A stretch of DNA of 64,000 nucleotides, taken from positions 800,001-864,000 of the forward strand of contig CP143273.1 of NCBI GenBank assembly GCA_051013385.1, given 5' to 3'. Shown here piece after piece: positions 8,905-20,984 of this stretch (positions within the stretch are counted from its first letter, which is position 1; each line of letters starts with the position of its first letter). This DNA is from Phormidium sp. (GTDB lineage: Bacteria > Cyanobacteriota > Cyanobacteriia > Cyanobacteriales > Aerosakkonemataceae). The position numbers and the translations under genes were made by a program. The notes below the pieces were generated by a model. That model ran no database searches. It was not told the origin of the DNA and saw nothing but the letters and a program-made list of their open reading frames with translations.

Positions 8905-9226
8905 TGCTCCTCCAAATCAGTTTTCAGATATGAATATGCAATAATTTATTCATTATATTTTGGATTTGACAACCTTGCTGAATTATTCTAGAACTTGGCT
9001 GAAAAAAGTTCCTCCTATAGGATCTACTATCTGAGTTTAACAAGTAACTCTTAACCTAGTCTTAATTTGATTATGCTAGATAAATACGATCGCCTCCCAT
9101 CACCATCACACCTAGCATCATCATTAATTTACCCGATCGCACAACTCATTAATTATCTCTAAGATTTTGCCCTTCTACCGGAAAATCATGCAATCCTAAT
9201 AGTAGATTTATAGAGAAACCAGAGTT

Positions 9227-9819
9227 ATGCAAACATTAGTTGCAACTCCCACCAATCTGAACAATTGTGATTTATCAGATCCTCATCATCTACTAAAAAC
9301 ATTGCAAGATTTGCGTCAAAGTGTTTACCAAGAAGGACAGGAACTTTTTCAAAGCTGGCGACCCTCAATCAAGAGAAAATCTTTCTTATTAAGTGCTTTA
9401 AATTTAGCTTATTATTTAGCACTACGCCATCATGATTTACGACCAATCCAAACCGCACTTGTACCTTGGGGATTATCATCTTTAGGTCGCAGTGAATCGA
9501 GAGTTTTACCTAATTTAGATGCCGTAATTACTACTTTAGGGCATTAGCAGAAATGCAAGAAGAAATACTTTGGTTATGTCAATCTGCCCACATTCCCGTA
9601 ATTTGGGCAACCCAAGTCTTAGAAAATCTTGCCAAAACTGGTATCCCTTCTCGCGCCGAAATGACTGATGCTGCAATGGGAGAAAGGGCAGAATGTGTCA
9701 TGTTAAATAAAGGGCTATTTATTAACGAAACAGTAACAATTTTGGATGATGTTATGCGCCGCATGGAAGCTCATCAATTCAAAAAAACTCCGCAATTAAG
9801 GGCTTTACGTTCTTGGTAG
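9227..9819 (+). pseudogene. pyk: Pyruvate kinase with large internal deletion
   Basis: N-terminal fragment (NLAYYLALR..DLR..Q..L..WGLSSLGRSE) joined out of frame to C-terminal fragment ([24 protein letters not shown]...[21 protein letters not shown]); central barrel missing. Confidence 0.85.
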
Positions 9820-9825
9820 CAGACT

Positions 9826-9856
9826 GTAGGGTGCGTTAATTGAACATAACGCACCA
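9826..9856. repeat. GTAG-type REP palindrome
   Basis: GTAGGGTGCGTTA...TAACGCACC; relatives near 15555-15603, 41765-41832 and 57679-57747. Confidence 0.6.
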
Positions 9857-10291
9857 TTCCTGTTATAATCTGGTGTTGTTGCGTAATGCTGAGATTTTGT
9901 GCGAAAGTAGAGCAAGAGATCGATCGCCAAAAGTAAACTTAAAAAGCAAATCTTTCATTGGCTAGTTTGTCCCACTCTTTAACACACCAACCAAACTGAT
10001 AATTAAGCTATAAATAGTATATTTACTTAGCCATTAATTCCCCAAACAGACGGTAATTATCACAGAAACAACTAAAAAACTCCTGAATGTCAGTGATAAA
10101 TTCATCGAATTTTATATAGAGTTGCTGCTTATCAATTATCTCCAAACGAGGCATTATAAAACTTTTACCAAAAATGCAATTTCAGGCTGTAATGTAAAAT
10201 TTTTATGAATCTAGAAGCAGACAATTGACTACCTTGCCGAAACCTCTGTATATTTTATTACGTAAGGTTTAGATAAAGTTTTTTGGTTCCC

Positions 10292-10744
10292 ATGAGTGCA
10301 TCAGATTGTCAAACTATTGTTTATCGGAATGCTATTGAGCCAATAGTAATTCAAGAAGTAGAACACCAACTTAAAAAGTTATCACCAAATATCCTTGAAT
10401 ATATTAATTCAGCACAAATTATCGCCTACGCCCTGAATCGCCTCCCGGCTTTGTACGCCACCAGTAAAGAGGGATGGAATGCTCAACAATTACGGGCACA
10501 AAAGCAAATGAAAGAGCAAATTACTACTGCTGTGCGACAAGGGTTGGCAGCTGTGCAAAGAGATCCTTTAAAAATTTCAACTCCTTTGCTAATACAAGAA
10601 GAAGCGAAACTAGCAGAGGAAGCAAAAGCAGAAGTTAAAGTGGAACAGAGAGAGAAAGCTCAGGAGCAAATTACAGAGGGATTTACAACTTTTTGCCAGA
10701 CAGAGAAGCGTAGCTTTTTTATTGATGGATGGGATGCTGGTTAG
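10292..10744 (+). CDS. ComFB-domain protein (late competence development / CdgR-like cyclic dinucleotide receptor family)
   Basis: YRNAIEPIV..EV...AYALNRLPALYATSKEGW...AVRQGLAAVQRDPL. Confidence 0.85.
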   Translation: MSASDCQTIVYRNAIEPIVIQEVEHQLKKLSPNILEYINSAQIIAYALNRLPALYATSKEGWNAQQLRAQKQMKEQITTAVRQGLAAVQRDPLKISTPLLIQEEAKLAEEAKAEVKVEQREKAQEQITEGFTTFCQTEKRSFFIDGWDAG

Positions 10745-11437
10745 TCAGCTGTTTTCTCTGCTTTAAAGAACTGTAAGAGCATTTTTGCATAATGGTTTGA
10801 AATAGTCAAATTTTGCTTGGGGGAAATTTTTTAATTACTCTTAGTTTGAGCGTGCGGCTCTTTTCTTTGCGGGAATATACAGTTAAAGTGTTGGCTGAGG
10901 CTGTATATTTCCGCAAAACTACTTACTTTACGAACCTAATCTCAGAAAAATTACCTAATGTTGAATCGAATGCAACTTCAGCAATTAGTGAAAAGACTGG
11001 CTCACTTAAATCATGTTTGATAAATTCACTATCATAAAATAATTCATTTTTAGATAAATTACTTATTTACACTTAGAAAAAAAAGCCAACAATGTTAGGG
11101 ATAAACTCATATTAAAATTCCCATAAAATAAAATTTATATAAACTTTAAAGCAGTTTTTTCCCTAGGAAACCTCAAAACCTTGATTTGACAAAGCTTAGA
11201 CTCAAAAATGTCTGGTTACAGAGCTACTAGATACCTAACTTTTTTAATGTTTTTTATATAAAAAACATCCGTAACTAATGACATTGTTAACTACAGTATG
11301 AGAATCTATGTATTTAGAGATAGCAATCACTCTAGGTCAGCTAAATATGGCTCGCATAGTATGAGCAATTGGGCAACAAAATTTTTCTAGATGGATTGAT
11401 AAAAACTCCTAGTATTGTCAGAGGAAAATTTTTACCT

Positions 11438-12181
11438 ATGGATTCTTACGCTACTAAATTATCAGCTGGATTGTTAGCTGCTACAGTATCATTAACTTTA
11501 GCTAGTCAAGCTCAAGCAATTACCTTCTCTGGCAGTTCCTCTGGTGAATGGGGAATGCCTGCTAATCCTTCTGGAAGTACATCTATTTCTAGTCAAAATG
11601 GCGGGACAAACAATCATCTTTCTTGGGGGCGGATAGATTCATGTGGGGGAGGTTGTACACCATTCAATAATTATGTTCAATATGACAATGTAAGTTTTAA
11701 TGCCGAAGTAGATACTCTGTTTAATATCGGCAATCTCAGTTACCGCAATGGCTCTGTGTGGGATACTTTCAACGGTGACTTTCCTTTGAACTTATCTCTA
11801 TCTTTGACCAATCCTTTCAGCAGTAGCAGGGATTTTAACTTCTTGTTCAATATCTTTAACACGCCGAATGTTACTGGCAATGCGGTTCTAGATGGTGACA
11901 GGCTACGTTTTTCTACTGCTGGGTTCTCCAGTGAAACTTTTAACTACGATGGGGTAGATTATACTCTACAGTTAGTTGGTTTTTCTTCAGATGGTGGTCG
12001 AACGATCGTCAGAGAGTTTAATTCTCCAGAAGGTTCTATTGCTACAGCATCTTTGTACGGTAAAATTACAGCTTTTACACCACCAACACAGCAAAGCGTT
12101 CCTGAACCTGGAACTATAATCGCTCTGTCTGCGTTAGGGATTTACTCTATTTTCCGTTATCGGACTCAGAAAGCTCATTAA
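11438..12181 (+). CDS. PEP-CTERM surface protein (choice-of-anchor K-like domain)
   Basis: Signal peptide ending AQA; FSGSSSGEWG; FN.FNTPN; C-terminal VPEPGT + TM + basic tail. Confidence 0.85.
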   Translation: MDSYATKLSAGLLAATVSLTLASQAQAITFSGSSSGEWGMPANPSGSTSISSQNGGTNNHLSWGRIDSCGGGCTPFNNYVQYDNVSFNAEVDTLFNIGNLSYRNGSVWDTFNGDFPLNLSLSLTNPFSSSRDFNFLFNIFNTPNVTGNAVLDGDRLRFSTAGFSSETFNYDGVDYTLQLVGFSSDGGRTIVREFNSPEGSIATASLYGKITAFTPPTQQSVPEPGTIIALSALGIYSIFRYRTQKAH

Positions 12182-12571
12182 GCTAGAAACGTACAAGTTC
12201 AATCATCAGTTTTCATCAATGTCAACTAAGATAGACCGTACTTTCCTGGAAAAGTACGGCTATTTTTTTATTGCTATTGGTCAAAATCACGATAATTACG
12301 TAGGGTTTGCCAACTTCATCTCTGACATTCCCTATATATTCTCCCCGAACAACTCCGATAAATTTTTTTATTAAGATTATGTAAATTCCCTGGCGACTCA
12401 AAAGAAGTATATGCCAAGCTGTACTCACCAATAAATGTACATAAGTACAATACAAGTTTTCTAATTTATCCGGGTGCAATATTTATTGCGCTCGCCTGTG
12501 CGTGCCTAAATTTATTTAGCACTTTCACAGGTAATTTCTAATGTCAACATTCACCGCTTGGAGCAAAGACT

Positions 12572-13252
12572 ATGATGAAAAAATTATCGATGGTTACTGC
12601 TGGCTCAGTATTTATTGCTCTAGGAACCATTAGTTCGGCTCAGGGTGCAATCATAACATTCAATGATGCTATTTCTGGTGCGCCCAGCTATTCTTTTGAC
12701 GGCGACGGAGATGGAATTAATGATGTCATCTTCACTACAACCGATCCCAATGGCTTTAACACAGTCGGGCCAGGTCCTAATATGACCTATGTTCAACAGC
12801 CAGGACTAGAAGGCACATCTTTACTTCCGGTTGATTTGAGAGTAGATTTTCTAGTTGGGGCAGAAAACTATCTCAAGTTTGGGTTTGCCCTTAATAGTGG
12901 TACGGAAAGTCCTCAAACCTTCACCTCGTTCCAGGTTTATGACCGTAACAATAACCTGCTGGCTTCGGACTTGGAATATGGTCGCTATACTTATCCAAAC
13001 GGCACAATGCCAAGCAGTTTCCCCGAAGGCGTAATCGAAACTAACTTTACAGGGGTTGCAGCTTATGCGCTCTTTAACTTTAGTAGCGATTTCGGACGGT
13101 ATTTAATTGACAATTTTGAGGGAAATTTCGGAACTACAGAAGTTAGCGTTCCTGAACCTGCTTCTACCTTGGGCTTGCTGGCATTAGGTACTCTAGGTGC
13201 AGGTTCGATGCTCAAGCGCCAACAGCAAAAGAACGCCACAAAAACAGCATAA
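12572..13252 (+). CDS. PEP-CTERM surface protein
   Basis: Signal peptide MKKLSMVTAG...AQG; C-terminal VPEPASTLGLLALG...LKRQQQK. Confidence 0.88.
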   Translation: MMKKLSMVTAGSVFIALGTISSAQGAIITFNDAISGAPSYSFDGDGDGINDVIFTTTDPNGFNTVGPGPNMTYVQQPGLEGTSLLPVDLRVDFLVGAENYLKFGFALNSGTESPQTFTSFQVYDRNNNLLASDLEYGRYTYPNGTMPSSFPEGVIETNFTGVAAYALFNFSSDFGRYLIDNFEGNFGTTEVSVPEPASTLGLLALGTLGAGSMLKRQQQKNATKTA

Positions 13253-13399
13253 CTCAATAACCTAATCCGTTTAGGGGAAACGGTTTTAACCCTGGAAACA
13301 AAATCTGTTCCTGAACCTACTTCTACTTTAAGTTTGCTGGTTATCGGTTCTGTGGGTATCAGTTCGATTCTCAAGCGCCAGAAAAACAAAGCTGTCTAA
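13253..13399 (+). pseudogene. Orphan second PEP-CTERM sorting signal, in frame after the stop codon
   Basis: LNNLIRLGETVLTLETKSVPEPTSTLSLLVIGSVGISSILKRQKNKAV-stop; no ATG start. Confidence 0.75.
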
Positions 13400-13440
13400 A
13401 GCAGTATCACCCGATTAATCATAAAACTGTTTTTCTAGAT

Positions 13441-13478
13441 GTGGTGTTTACCTTTCGGTAAACACCACTGATTTTTTT
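13441..13478 (+). terminator. Rho-independent terminator
   Basis: Perfect 12-bp stem GTGGTGTTTACC/GGTAAACACCAC with TTTC loop, followed by a T-run. Confidence 0.75.
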
Positions 13479-13535
13479 AGCCCGGATCGATCGCACTACT
13501 CTCCAGTAGATCGATCGCGTTCAGTGGTACGCTAA

Positions 13536-15041
<1,506 letters not shown>

Positions 15042-15121
15042 TTAGGATCTAGGGCAGGGAAAAATTATCTCTGCCCCGATCGGCAAAATCGAAAATCGAA
15101 AATCTAAAATCGCAAATCGAA

Positions 15122-15538
15122 ATGACTTTAAAAGTTCGTGTGATTGCACCAGATAAAACTGTCTGGGATTCTACTGCCCAAGAAATTATTCTCCCCAGCA
15201 CTACGGGACAATTAGGTATTTTAAGTGGTCACGCGCCACTTTTAACGGCTTTGGATACCGGAGTTATGCGAGTTCGCCCGGATAAAAACTGGGTGGCGAT
15301 CGCTCTGATGGGCGGTTTTGCTGAAGTGGAAAATAATGAGGTGACGATTTTGGTTAATGGCGCAGAACGCAGCGATTCGATAGATATCGAAAAAGCTCGT
15401 ACTGCTTACACCAAAGCTCAAGAGCGTTTTAATCAAGTACAAAACAGCGAAAATCGTCAGGAAAAAATTCAGGCTACCCAAGCTTTGAAAAGAGCTCGCG
15501 CTCGTTTTCAAGCTGCTGGTGGCATGGTTCAAGTTTAA
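15122..15538 (+). CDS. atpC: F0F1 ATP synthase subunit epsilon
   Basis: [21 protein letters not shown]; follows the beta subunit gene. Confidence 0.97.
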   Translation: MTLKVRVIAPDKTVWDSTAQEIILPSTTGQLGILSGHAPLLTALDTGVMRVRPDKNWVAIALMGGFAEVENNEVTILVNGAERSDSIDIEKARTAYTKAQERFNQVQNSENRQEKIQATQALKRARARFQAAGGMVQV

Positions 15539-15720
15539 ACCTAAATCAAAGCGGGTAGGGTGTGTCAGAGGATCGTAGCGATCGTCAAAGTCTGACGCAC
15601 CCTATCAACTAACTATAAATAAAATCTCAATCTCCCGCTTTAATCTTGATACTAAGATCGAGCAAAAATATGTTAAAAAGAATTCAAGTTTAATTTTTGC
15701 GGTGGGCAAAGCGCACCTTT

Positions 15721-16494
15721 TCATTTAAGCTTGGTTAAGACTTTTGTTAGTTCTTTATTTAAAATTTCATATCCTTTTTCATTTAGATGTAATGTGTCTT
15801 TGTAGTAATTATGTTTCTGGGTTTGATTTAAAAGCGAATAGCTATCAAAAATTATCACGTTCGGCGCTTGCAAAGAAGATATGTAAGAGTTTACCTCGAC
15901 AACAGCCCGATCGATCTCTGAAGACCAAAATGGTTTCCTCACCAGTGGGATTTCTCCAGGCGGAATGATAGTTGTCAGGATAACTGTAGCACCTAAAGAA
16001 CGCGATCGCTTGACAATCTCCTGAATGTTTGCCTTACAATTGGCAACTATGGTGGAATGGCGATCGGGAAATAGCGGTATGGTTTTTAAATCGTTAATTC
16101 CCACTTGAACAATTATAATTTGCGGACGCAAGGGTACAACTTGTTTTTCAAAACGTCCCAATACTTGAGTAGAAGTTTGACCGGAAATCCCCCCATTTAT
16201 AGAGGAAAAACCCTTTATTTCTGTGGGTAACGTCCATTCTTGCGCTCGCGAATCGCCAAAAAATATTACTTTAGAAAGCGAATCATTACTCGCATTAACT
16301 TCTCTAGAATTGCCTTTAATATATTCCAAACCTAGTGGATCTAAAGTAGTTTGATTAAGTAGTAAGTAATAATGTCTCGCTGCTATAAATAAAATTACAT
16401 TGAGCGCCACTGATGCAATCAAAGCACTTACAGATAAGATGAAGACTAAAAGAAAAAATTTTTGTGATTTTTGCATAATCTGTAGTAACTTCAA
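15721..16494 (-). CDS. SGNH/GDSL hydrolase with N-terminal membrane anchor
   Basis: FFGDSR, GISGQTS, GINDL and D.LH blocks. Confidence 0.88.
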   Translation of the reverse strand: MKLLQIMQKSQKFFLLVFILSVSALIASVALNVILFIAARHYYLLLNQTTLDPLGLEYIKGNSREVNASNDSLSKVIFFGDSRAQEWTLPTEIKGFSSINGGISGQTSTQVLGRFEKQVVPLRPQIIIVQVGINDLKTIPLFPDRHSTIVANCKANIQEIVKRSRSLGATVILTTIIPPGEIPLVRKPFWSSEIDRAVVEVNSYISSLQAPNVIIFDSYSLLNQTQKHNYYKDTLHLNEKGYEILNKELTKVLTKLK

Positions 16495-16581
16495 GGAAGA
16501 TTAAGCTGGTGTTTTTCCAGTGTAGTATTCATTTCATTATAATGATAATACTTTTGGATATCATCATAAGGAGAGAAATCG

Positions 16582-17133
16582 ATGGAAAGTAAAGCACCAC
16601 CAAACGCACCAGTACAACGGCGAACTCTGTTCAATATTTCTGATGAGATCAGTGAGTTAACCAGTTTACTTGATGATATAGAAGATGACGATCTTGAAAG
16701 CGAACAGTTAATTACTAGTTGGCTGGAAAATTTGGGTGAAGAACGCGATCGCAAACTAGACAACTACGCCGCTTTAATTGCGGAATTGGAAGCCAAAGCA
16801 GAAGTCAGGAAAAAAGAAGCACAAAGATTAGCCAAATTAGCCGCTAGTGATGAAAAAAAAGCGGCTATGCTCAAAGAAAGATTGAAGTGGTTTTTTGAAG
16901 TCAATAAGTTGAAAACTTTAGAAACTGCTCGTTACAAATTATCTTTAACTAAAAGCGGTGGTAAACCACCTTTAATTTTAAATGATGGTATTTCTCCTAC
17001 TGATTTACCCCAAAAATTTCAAAAAATCCACGTCGAAGCAGATAAAATGGCAATTAGAGCCGCTTTAGAAGCAGGAGATGAATTAGATTTTGCTCATTTA
17101 GGCGATCGGAGTTCCAGTCTGAGAATCCGATAA
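16582..17133 (+). CDS. Siphovirus Gp157 family protein
   Basis: TLFNIS...KLDNYAALI..LEA.AE..K.EAQRL...LKERL...DK.AIRAALEAG...SLRIR. Confidence 0.8.
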   Translation: MESKAPPNAPVQRRTLFNISDEISELTSLLDDIEDDDLESEQLITSWLENLGEERDRKLDNYAALIAELEAKAEVRKKEAQRLAKLAASDEKKAAMLKERLKWFFEVNKLKTLETARYKLSLTKSGGKPPLILNDGISPTDLPQKFQKIHVEADKMAIRAALEAGDELDFAHLGDRSSSLRIR

Positions 17134-17134
17134 T

Positions 17135-17518
17135 CTACCAATAGTTTTTCCTATTTCCTTGTCTGTCAAAAAACTGACTATCTTGCATATAACGCAAGGC
17201 TGGATCAACTTCTCCTTCTTTCAAAGGAGTGGAAACTTTCAGCGGATCTGCTTGTACTGCTACTAATCCTTGACGCACAGCTGTAGTAATTTGCTCTTTC
17301 AGTTTAGTTTTCGCCCGTACTTGTTGCCAATGCCAACCCTCTTCACTGGTAGCGTATAATGCTGGCAATCGATTCAGGGCATAAGCTACAACTTGTATTG
17401 GATCAATATATTTGAGCATCTTTGGTGGTAACTGTTGTAACTGATGCTCCACTTCCTGTACTACCATTGGTTCAATCGCATTACGATAAACCAAGCTCTT
17501 ACTTGTGATTGTTTTCAT
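17135..17518 (-). CDS. ComFB-domain protein
   Basis: YRNAIEPMV..EV...AYALNRLPALYATSEEGW...AVRQGLVAVQADPL. Confidence 0.85.
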   Translation of the reverse strand: MKTITSKSLVYRNAIEPMVVQEVEHQLQQLPPKMLKYIDPIQVVAYALNRLPALYATSEEGWHWQQVRAKTKLKEQITTAVRQGLVAVQADPLKVSTPLKEGEVDPALRYMQDSQFFDRQGNRKNYW

Positions 17519-17837
17519 CGGAGAACACTTAAATTAGGAAATGCTCAACAGAGTAACGCAACAATTTTGATGTGCAATCAAACTTTACACAACTAACATT
17601 CTGGCACCCTGACACCCCTAATCTAAAAATTCATCGGGGCTTTTAACTAAGTCAATCTATCAAAATTTGTAGGCTTGCATCTTAACCTATTTTTCTGATA
17701 CCAGTCAATTCTCTATCAACAAATTTTATATTAATTATTATGTAGATAGAGAGTAGTCACAGTATCTTTAAATTGAAACAAACAGTTTTTCATGAAATGT
17801 TAAACAACTATTGTGGCAAAAATTGGTTGCCTATCTT

Positions 17838-18311
17838 CTAGCGCAATAAGTATTTTTTTTGCCCAGTGCGATGATTACCTTCTAAATTATGCGAAGCCAT
17901 ATCCAAGTTGCCACGCCTTTTTAACGGAGTTGTCACTTTCAAAGGATCTTTTTGCACAGCAGCAAATCCTTGACGTACTGCCATTAAAATCTGGTTTTTA
18001 AGTTCAGTTCTTGCTTTAAGCTGCTGCCTACGCCATCCCTCTTCGCTAGTAGCATACAGTGAAGGCAGACGATTTAGTGCATAAGCAACCACTTGCGCTG
18101 GATTGATGTATTTGGCAAGATGGGGTGGCAGTTTCTCTATTTTTCGTTCCACCTCTTCTATTACTATTGCTTCCAAAACATTAATGTAAGTTAATGGTTG
18201 ATTCCGTGAGGTTGACGAGACTGTTTTACTCCCGAACAGCTGTTCAGGCTTCTGAGATACTGATCTGTAATCGTCTGGGTTAAACGCCGTCATACAGTAA
18301 CTATTCTCCAA
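17838..18311 (-). CDS. ComFB-domain protein
   Basis: YINVLEAIV.EEV...AYALNRLPSLYATSEEGW...AVRQGFAAVQKDPL; start uncertain. Confidence 0.85.
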   Translation of the reverse strand: MENSYCMTAFNPDDYRSVSQKPEQLFGSKTVSSTSRNQPLTYINVLEAIVIEEVERKIEKLPPHLAKYINPAQVVAYALNRLPSLYATSEEGWRRQQLKARTELKNQILMAVRQGFAAVQKDPLKVTTPLKRRGNLDMASHNLEGNHRTGQKKYLLR

Positions 18312-18867
18312 TTACTCAGTAGCAGTATTCTTACTTAAACTAATACTTACGTATTACTTCTGATCTTAGCTTATTGATTTTATTTGTACCCGTACTTATA
18401 CCAATTAATTTTACTCTGGCTTGAGGAATTTTTGATATTTATATTAAGAAAAAAAATGCCTCTAGCCTGAATGGAAAAGTCCGATTGACTTGTCGGAAAG
18501 GAGAAAATTATATAAATTTTTTTTGTTGCCACATCATTATTTTTCCAACTAAAATCCTACAAATAACCTAGTTACCTAGCCCAGTAACTCATCAATTTAA
18601 GATATCAATACTTATATATAAAATGTTGCCAGACGACTCCCACAAGAGCGTTAGCTTGAGGGTGAGACAGTCAACTGGCGATCGATAAACCCGATCGATT
18701 CAGGAAGCGCTTTCTCGATCGGGAATCTTAGTCCCCAGTCCCCAGCCTCCAAAACACCAGGGTTTTCCACTCCCAGTACAACAGAGCCGTTAAGGTGTGA
18801 CGGGGGTCTTCTTGGGGAAGACAGATAAATGTTATTTTATAGCCAATTGGCAAGAGGTTAGAAGCTA

Positions 18868-20529
18868 ATGGCGCAATTGGAAAACCAAAGGCAAACTCAG
18901 GGTGAAGGCAACCCGCAAACCGCAGAAGAATTTCTGAGGGTGTTGACAGATCAACTCCAAGACATTAAAAAAAGTGTATTAGAGGAGTTGCAGCAGGAAG
19001 TCCAGAAGCTACAAAGTGAGAAGTCTAGCTTAAATATTGAGATTGAGCAGATGCGATCGCACTATCAACAGCAGACCGCAGAACAGCGAGTCTGGACTCA
19101 ACAGCTGGCTCAGAACTTGGCTACTGGGCTGCAAGAAGAGTTAAGACAACAGCAACTTAATTTTTTCGCAGCTAATGCTTCCGGGTCAAGTGGCAACCAA
19201 GACGAAAACTCTTACCAGCTACTTGCTGACCTAAATTCTACGTTAAGTTCCACCTTAAGGGCTCTACAACAGGACATCAACAATTATCAAAGCAACTTAT
19301 CCCAACAGTTAGGTCGGATGCAAACCCTAGAACAGCAAGGGGAAGCTATTTTAGAAGCCCTAGTAACTCGCATTCGGCTGCAACTTCAGGAAACCTACCG
19401 ACCAGAGAGAACTTCTTCTGTACCCAGAGTCACACCGGGTCGTCGTCCAGCGGCTTTGCCCGGTCGTAGTACTCAGCAACAGCAGCCACCCGCAGTTGGC
19501 CCAGCACCAACTGCCCCAGCGACTCCTACCACATCATCTCCCCAAGCAACAAATTTCAAATTAGGAGTGGTTTTAGTTTTAATTTCTTCTTTGATGTTTT
19601 CCTTACAAAACATCGTTGTCAGGGTGCTATTAAGGGAGCAAAATATCTTTGGCTTATTTAAAGTTGGTGGGTTTATTACTCCGAGCCCTGGTAACTCTTT
19701 ATTAATTTTGTTGTTGCGAATGATCTTGGTTGCGCCCTTAATGGCTTTTGTCGTCGCACCATTGTTTTATAACAATACCTGGCGAGATATCAAACATTTG
19801 GGGCAGAAAAGTCAGTTTGGTAGACTGTTAAGCGTGATTGGGAGTGGCTTTTTTCTCTTCCTATCCCAATTTTTTATCTACATTGCTTTAGGAAACATTC
19901 CTACGGGGGTAGCAACGACAATTTTCTTTGTTTATCCAACGATTACCATTTTGTTGTCTTGGTTCATCTTCCGCGACAAACCAACATTTTTACTGGTTTT
20001 GGCGACTATTTCTATTTACATAGGTGGCTTCCTCACTATTCCCAGTTTTACCTCTGGGGCGAGAGGCAATGTTAATTTGGGAGTAACAACAGCTGTTTGC
20101 TCTGGTGTGGCTTTTGCGGTTTACGTGGTGTTGATTAAAGTCAGTCGGATGCACCCAATTCCCTTTAGTGTGGTTAACTTTACCACAATTTTGTTTTTGT
20201 CTGCGATCGTCCTCCCCTTTTTCGGCTATCAAGTTAAGCCGACAATGTGGACTAGCTTGTTAATTGGAACCTTAGTGTTAGCTACTACCACCCTTTGTGG
20301 TTATCTCCTCAACAACTTTGGTGTGCCATTAATCGGACCACCTTTAGCTTCCGTTGTTAGTGCTAGTGGTCCTGCTTTAACCACCATTTTAGCTTTCTTT
20401 ATTATTCAAGAAAATTTGCAACTTTACCAAGTTCTTGGCGTGGTACTAGTAACAGTTTGGGTAATTGGAATTAGCGCCCAAAATTTGAAGCCAAAAGACC
20501 CTCCAACTCAGCCTGCTGCAAGTAAGTAA
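18868..20529 (+). CDS. sepJ: SepJ (FraG)-like septal protein: coiled coil + Pro/Thr linker + DMT/EamA permease
   Basis: Q/E-rich N-terminal coiled coil (LQQDINNYQSNLSQQLGRMQTLEQQGEAILEALV), P/T/Q linker, about 10 TM EamA domain. Confidence 0.75.
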   Translation: MAQLENQRQTQGEGNPQTAEEFLRVLTDQLQDIKKSVLEELQQEVQKLQSEKSSLNIEIEQMRSHYQQQTAEQRVWTQQLAQNLATGLQEELRQQQLNFFAANASGSSGNQDENSYQLLADLNSTLSSTLRALQQDINNYQSNLSQQLGRMQTLEQQGEAILEALVTRIRLQLQETYRPERTSSVPRVTPGRRPAALPGRSTQQQQPPAVGPAPTAPATPTTSSPQATNFKLGVVLVLISSLMFSLQNIVVRVLLREQNIFGLFKVGGFITPSPGNSLLILLLRMILVAPLMAFVVAPLFYNNTWRDIKHLGQKSQFGRLLSVIGSGFFLFLSQFFIYIALGNIPTGVATTIFFVYPTITILLSWFIFRDKPTFLLVLATISIYIGGFLTIPSFTSGARGNVNLGVTTAVCSGVAFAVYVVLIKVSRMHPIPFSVVNFTTILFLSAIVLPFFGYQVKPTMWTSLLIGTLVLATTTLCGYLLNNFGVPLIGPPLASVVSASGPALTTILAFFIIQENLQLYQVLGVVLVTVWVIGISAQNLKPKDPPTQPAASK

Positions 20530-20555
20530 GCTTCCGAAAAATACAACTTTTAGTA

Positions 20556-20594
20556 TTAAGGACTGGGTGTTAATTCACTCAGTCCTTAACTTTT
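20556..20594 (+). terminator. Rho-independent terminator
   Basis: TTAAGGACTGGGTG...CACTCAGTCCTTAA stem followed by CTTTT. Confidence 0.7.
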
Positions 20595-20741
20595 GAAATG
20601 TCGAGCGAGTTCATTTTCCTATACAGCAACGGAACTGCTTCGTTAAAATCCTTCTAAAGCCCATATAAATAAATGGGTCAACCAGTAGTTAAGTAGCTAC
20701 TAAAAGTCTTTAGTGCTTATAACCTTTACGGGATAAGAAAA

Positions 20742-20828
20742 CGGAGAGGGAGGGATTCGAACCCTCGTTGAAGTTGCCCCCAAACAGCATTTCCAGTGCT
20801 GCGCCTTCAACCACTCGGCCACCTCTCC
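20742..20828 (-). tRNA. trnS: tRNA-Ser(GGA)
   Basis: Reverse complement GGAGAGGTGGCCGAGTGGTTGAAGGCGCAGCACTGGAAATGCTG...GGTTCGAATCCCTCCCTCTCCG; anticodon GGA, long variable arm, no encoded CCA. Confidence 0.97.
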
Positions 20829-20984
20829 AAGGCTGTGCTTTGGTTTTTTTTCGCACCTAATTCACAAGCTTGTCTATCTTAGCATAAATTACAAAGAGAG
20901 TCTATCCCTCCGCTCGGTTTTTTTGTGAAGAGCAATTCTTCTCTGGCTCAATTTAAGATAGATTATGTCGCTCAAATGTTTGTA

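Noticed and set aside
10813..11037. 74-aa ORF upstream of the PEP-CTERM genes
   Set aside because: TTG start, no RBS or motif, lies in AT-rich regulatory DNA
20742..20828. tRNA-Ser as an integration site for an island
   Set aside because: No integrase and no duplicated tRNA 3' end seen; the flanks are core genes
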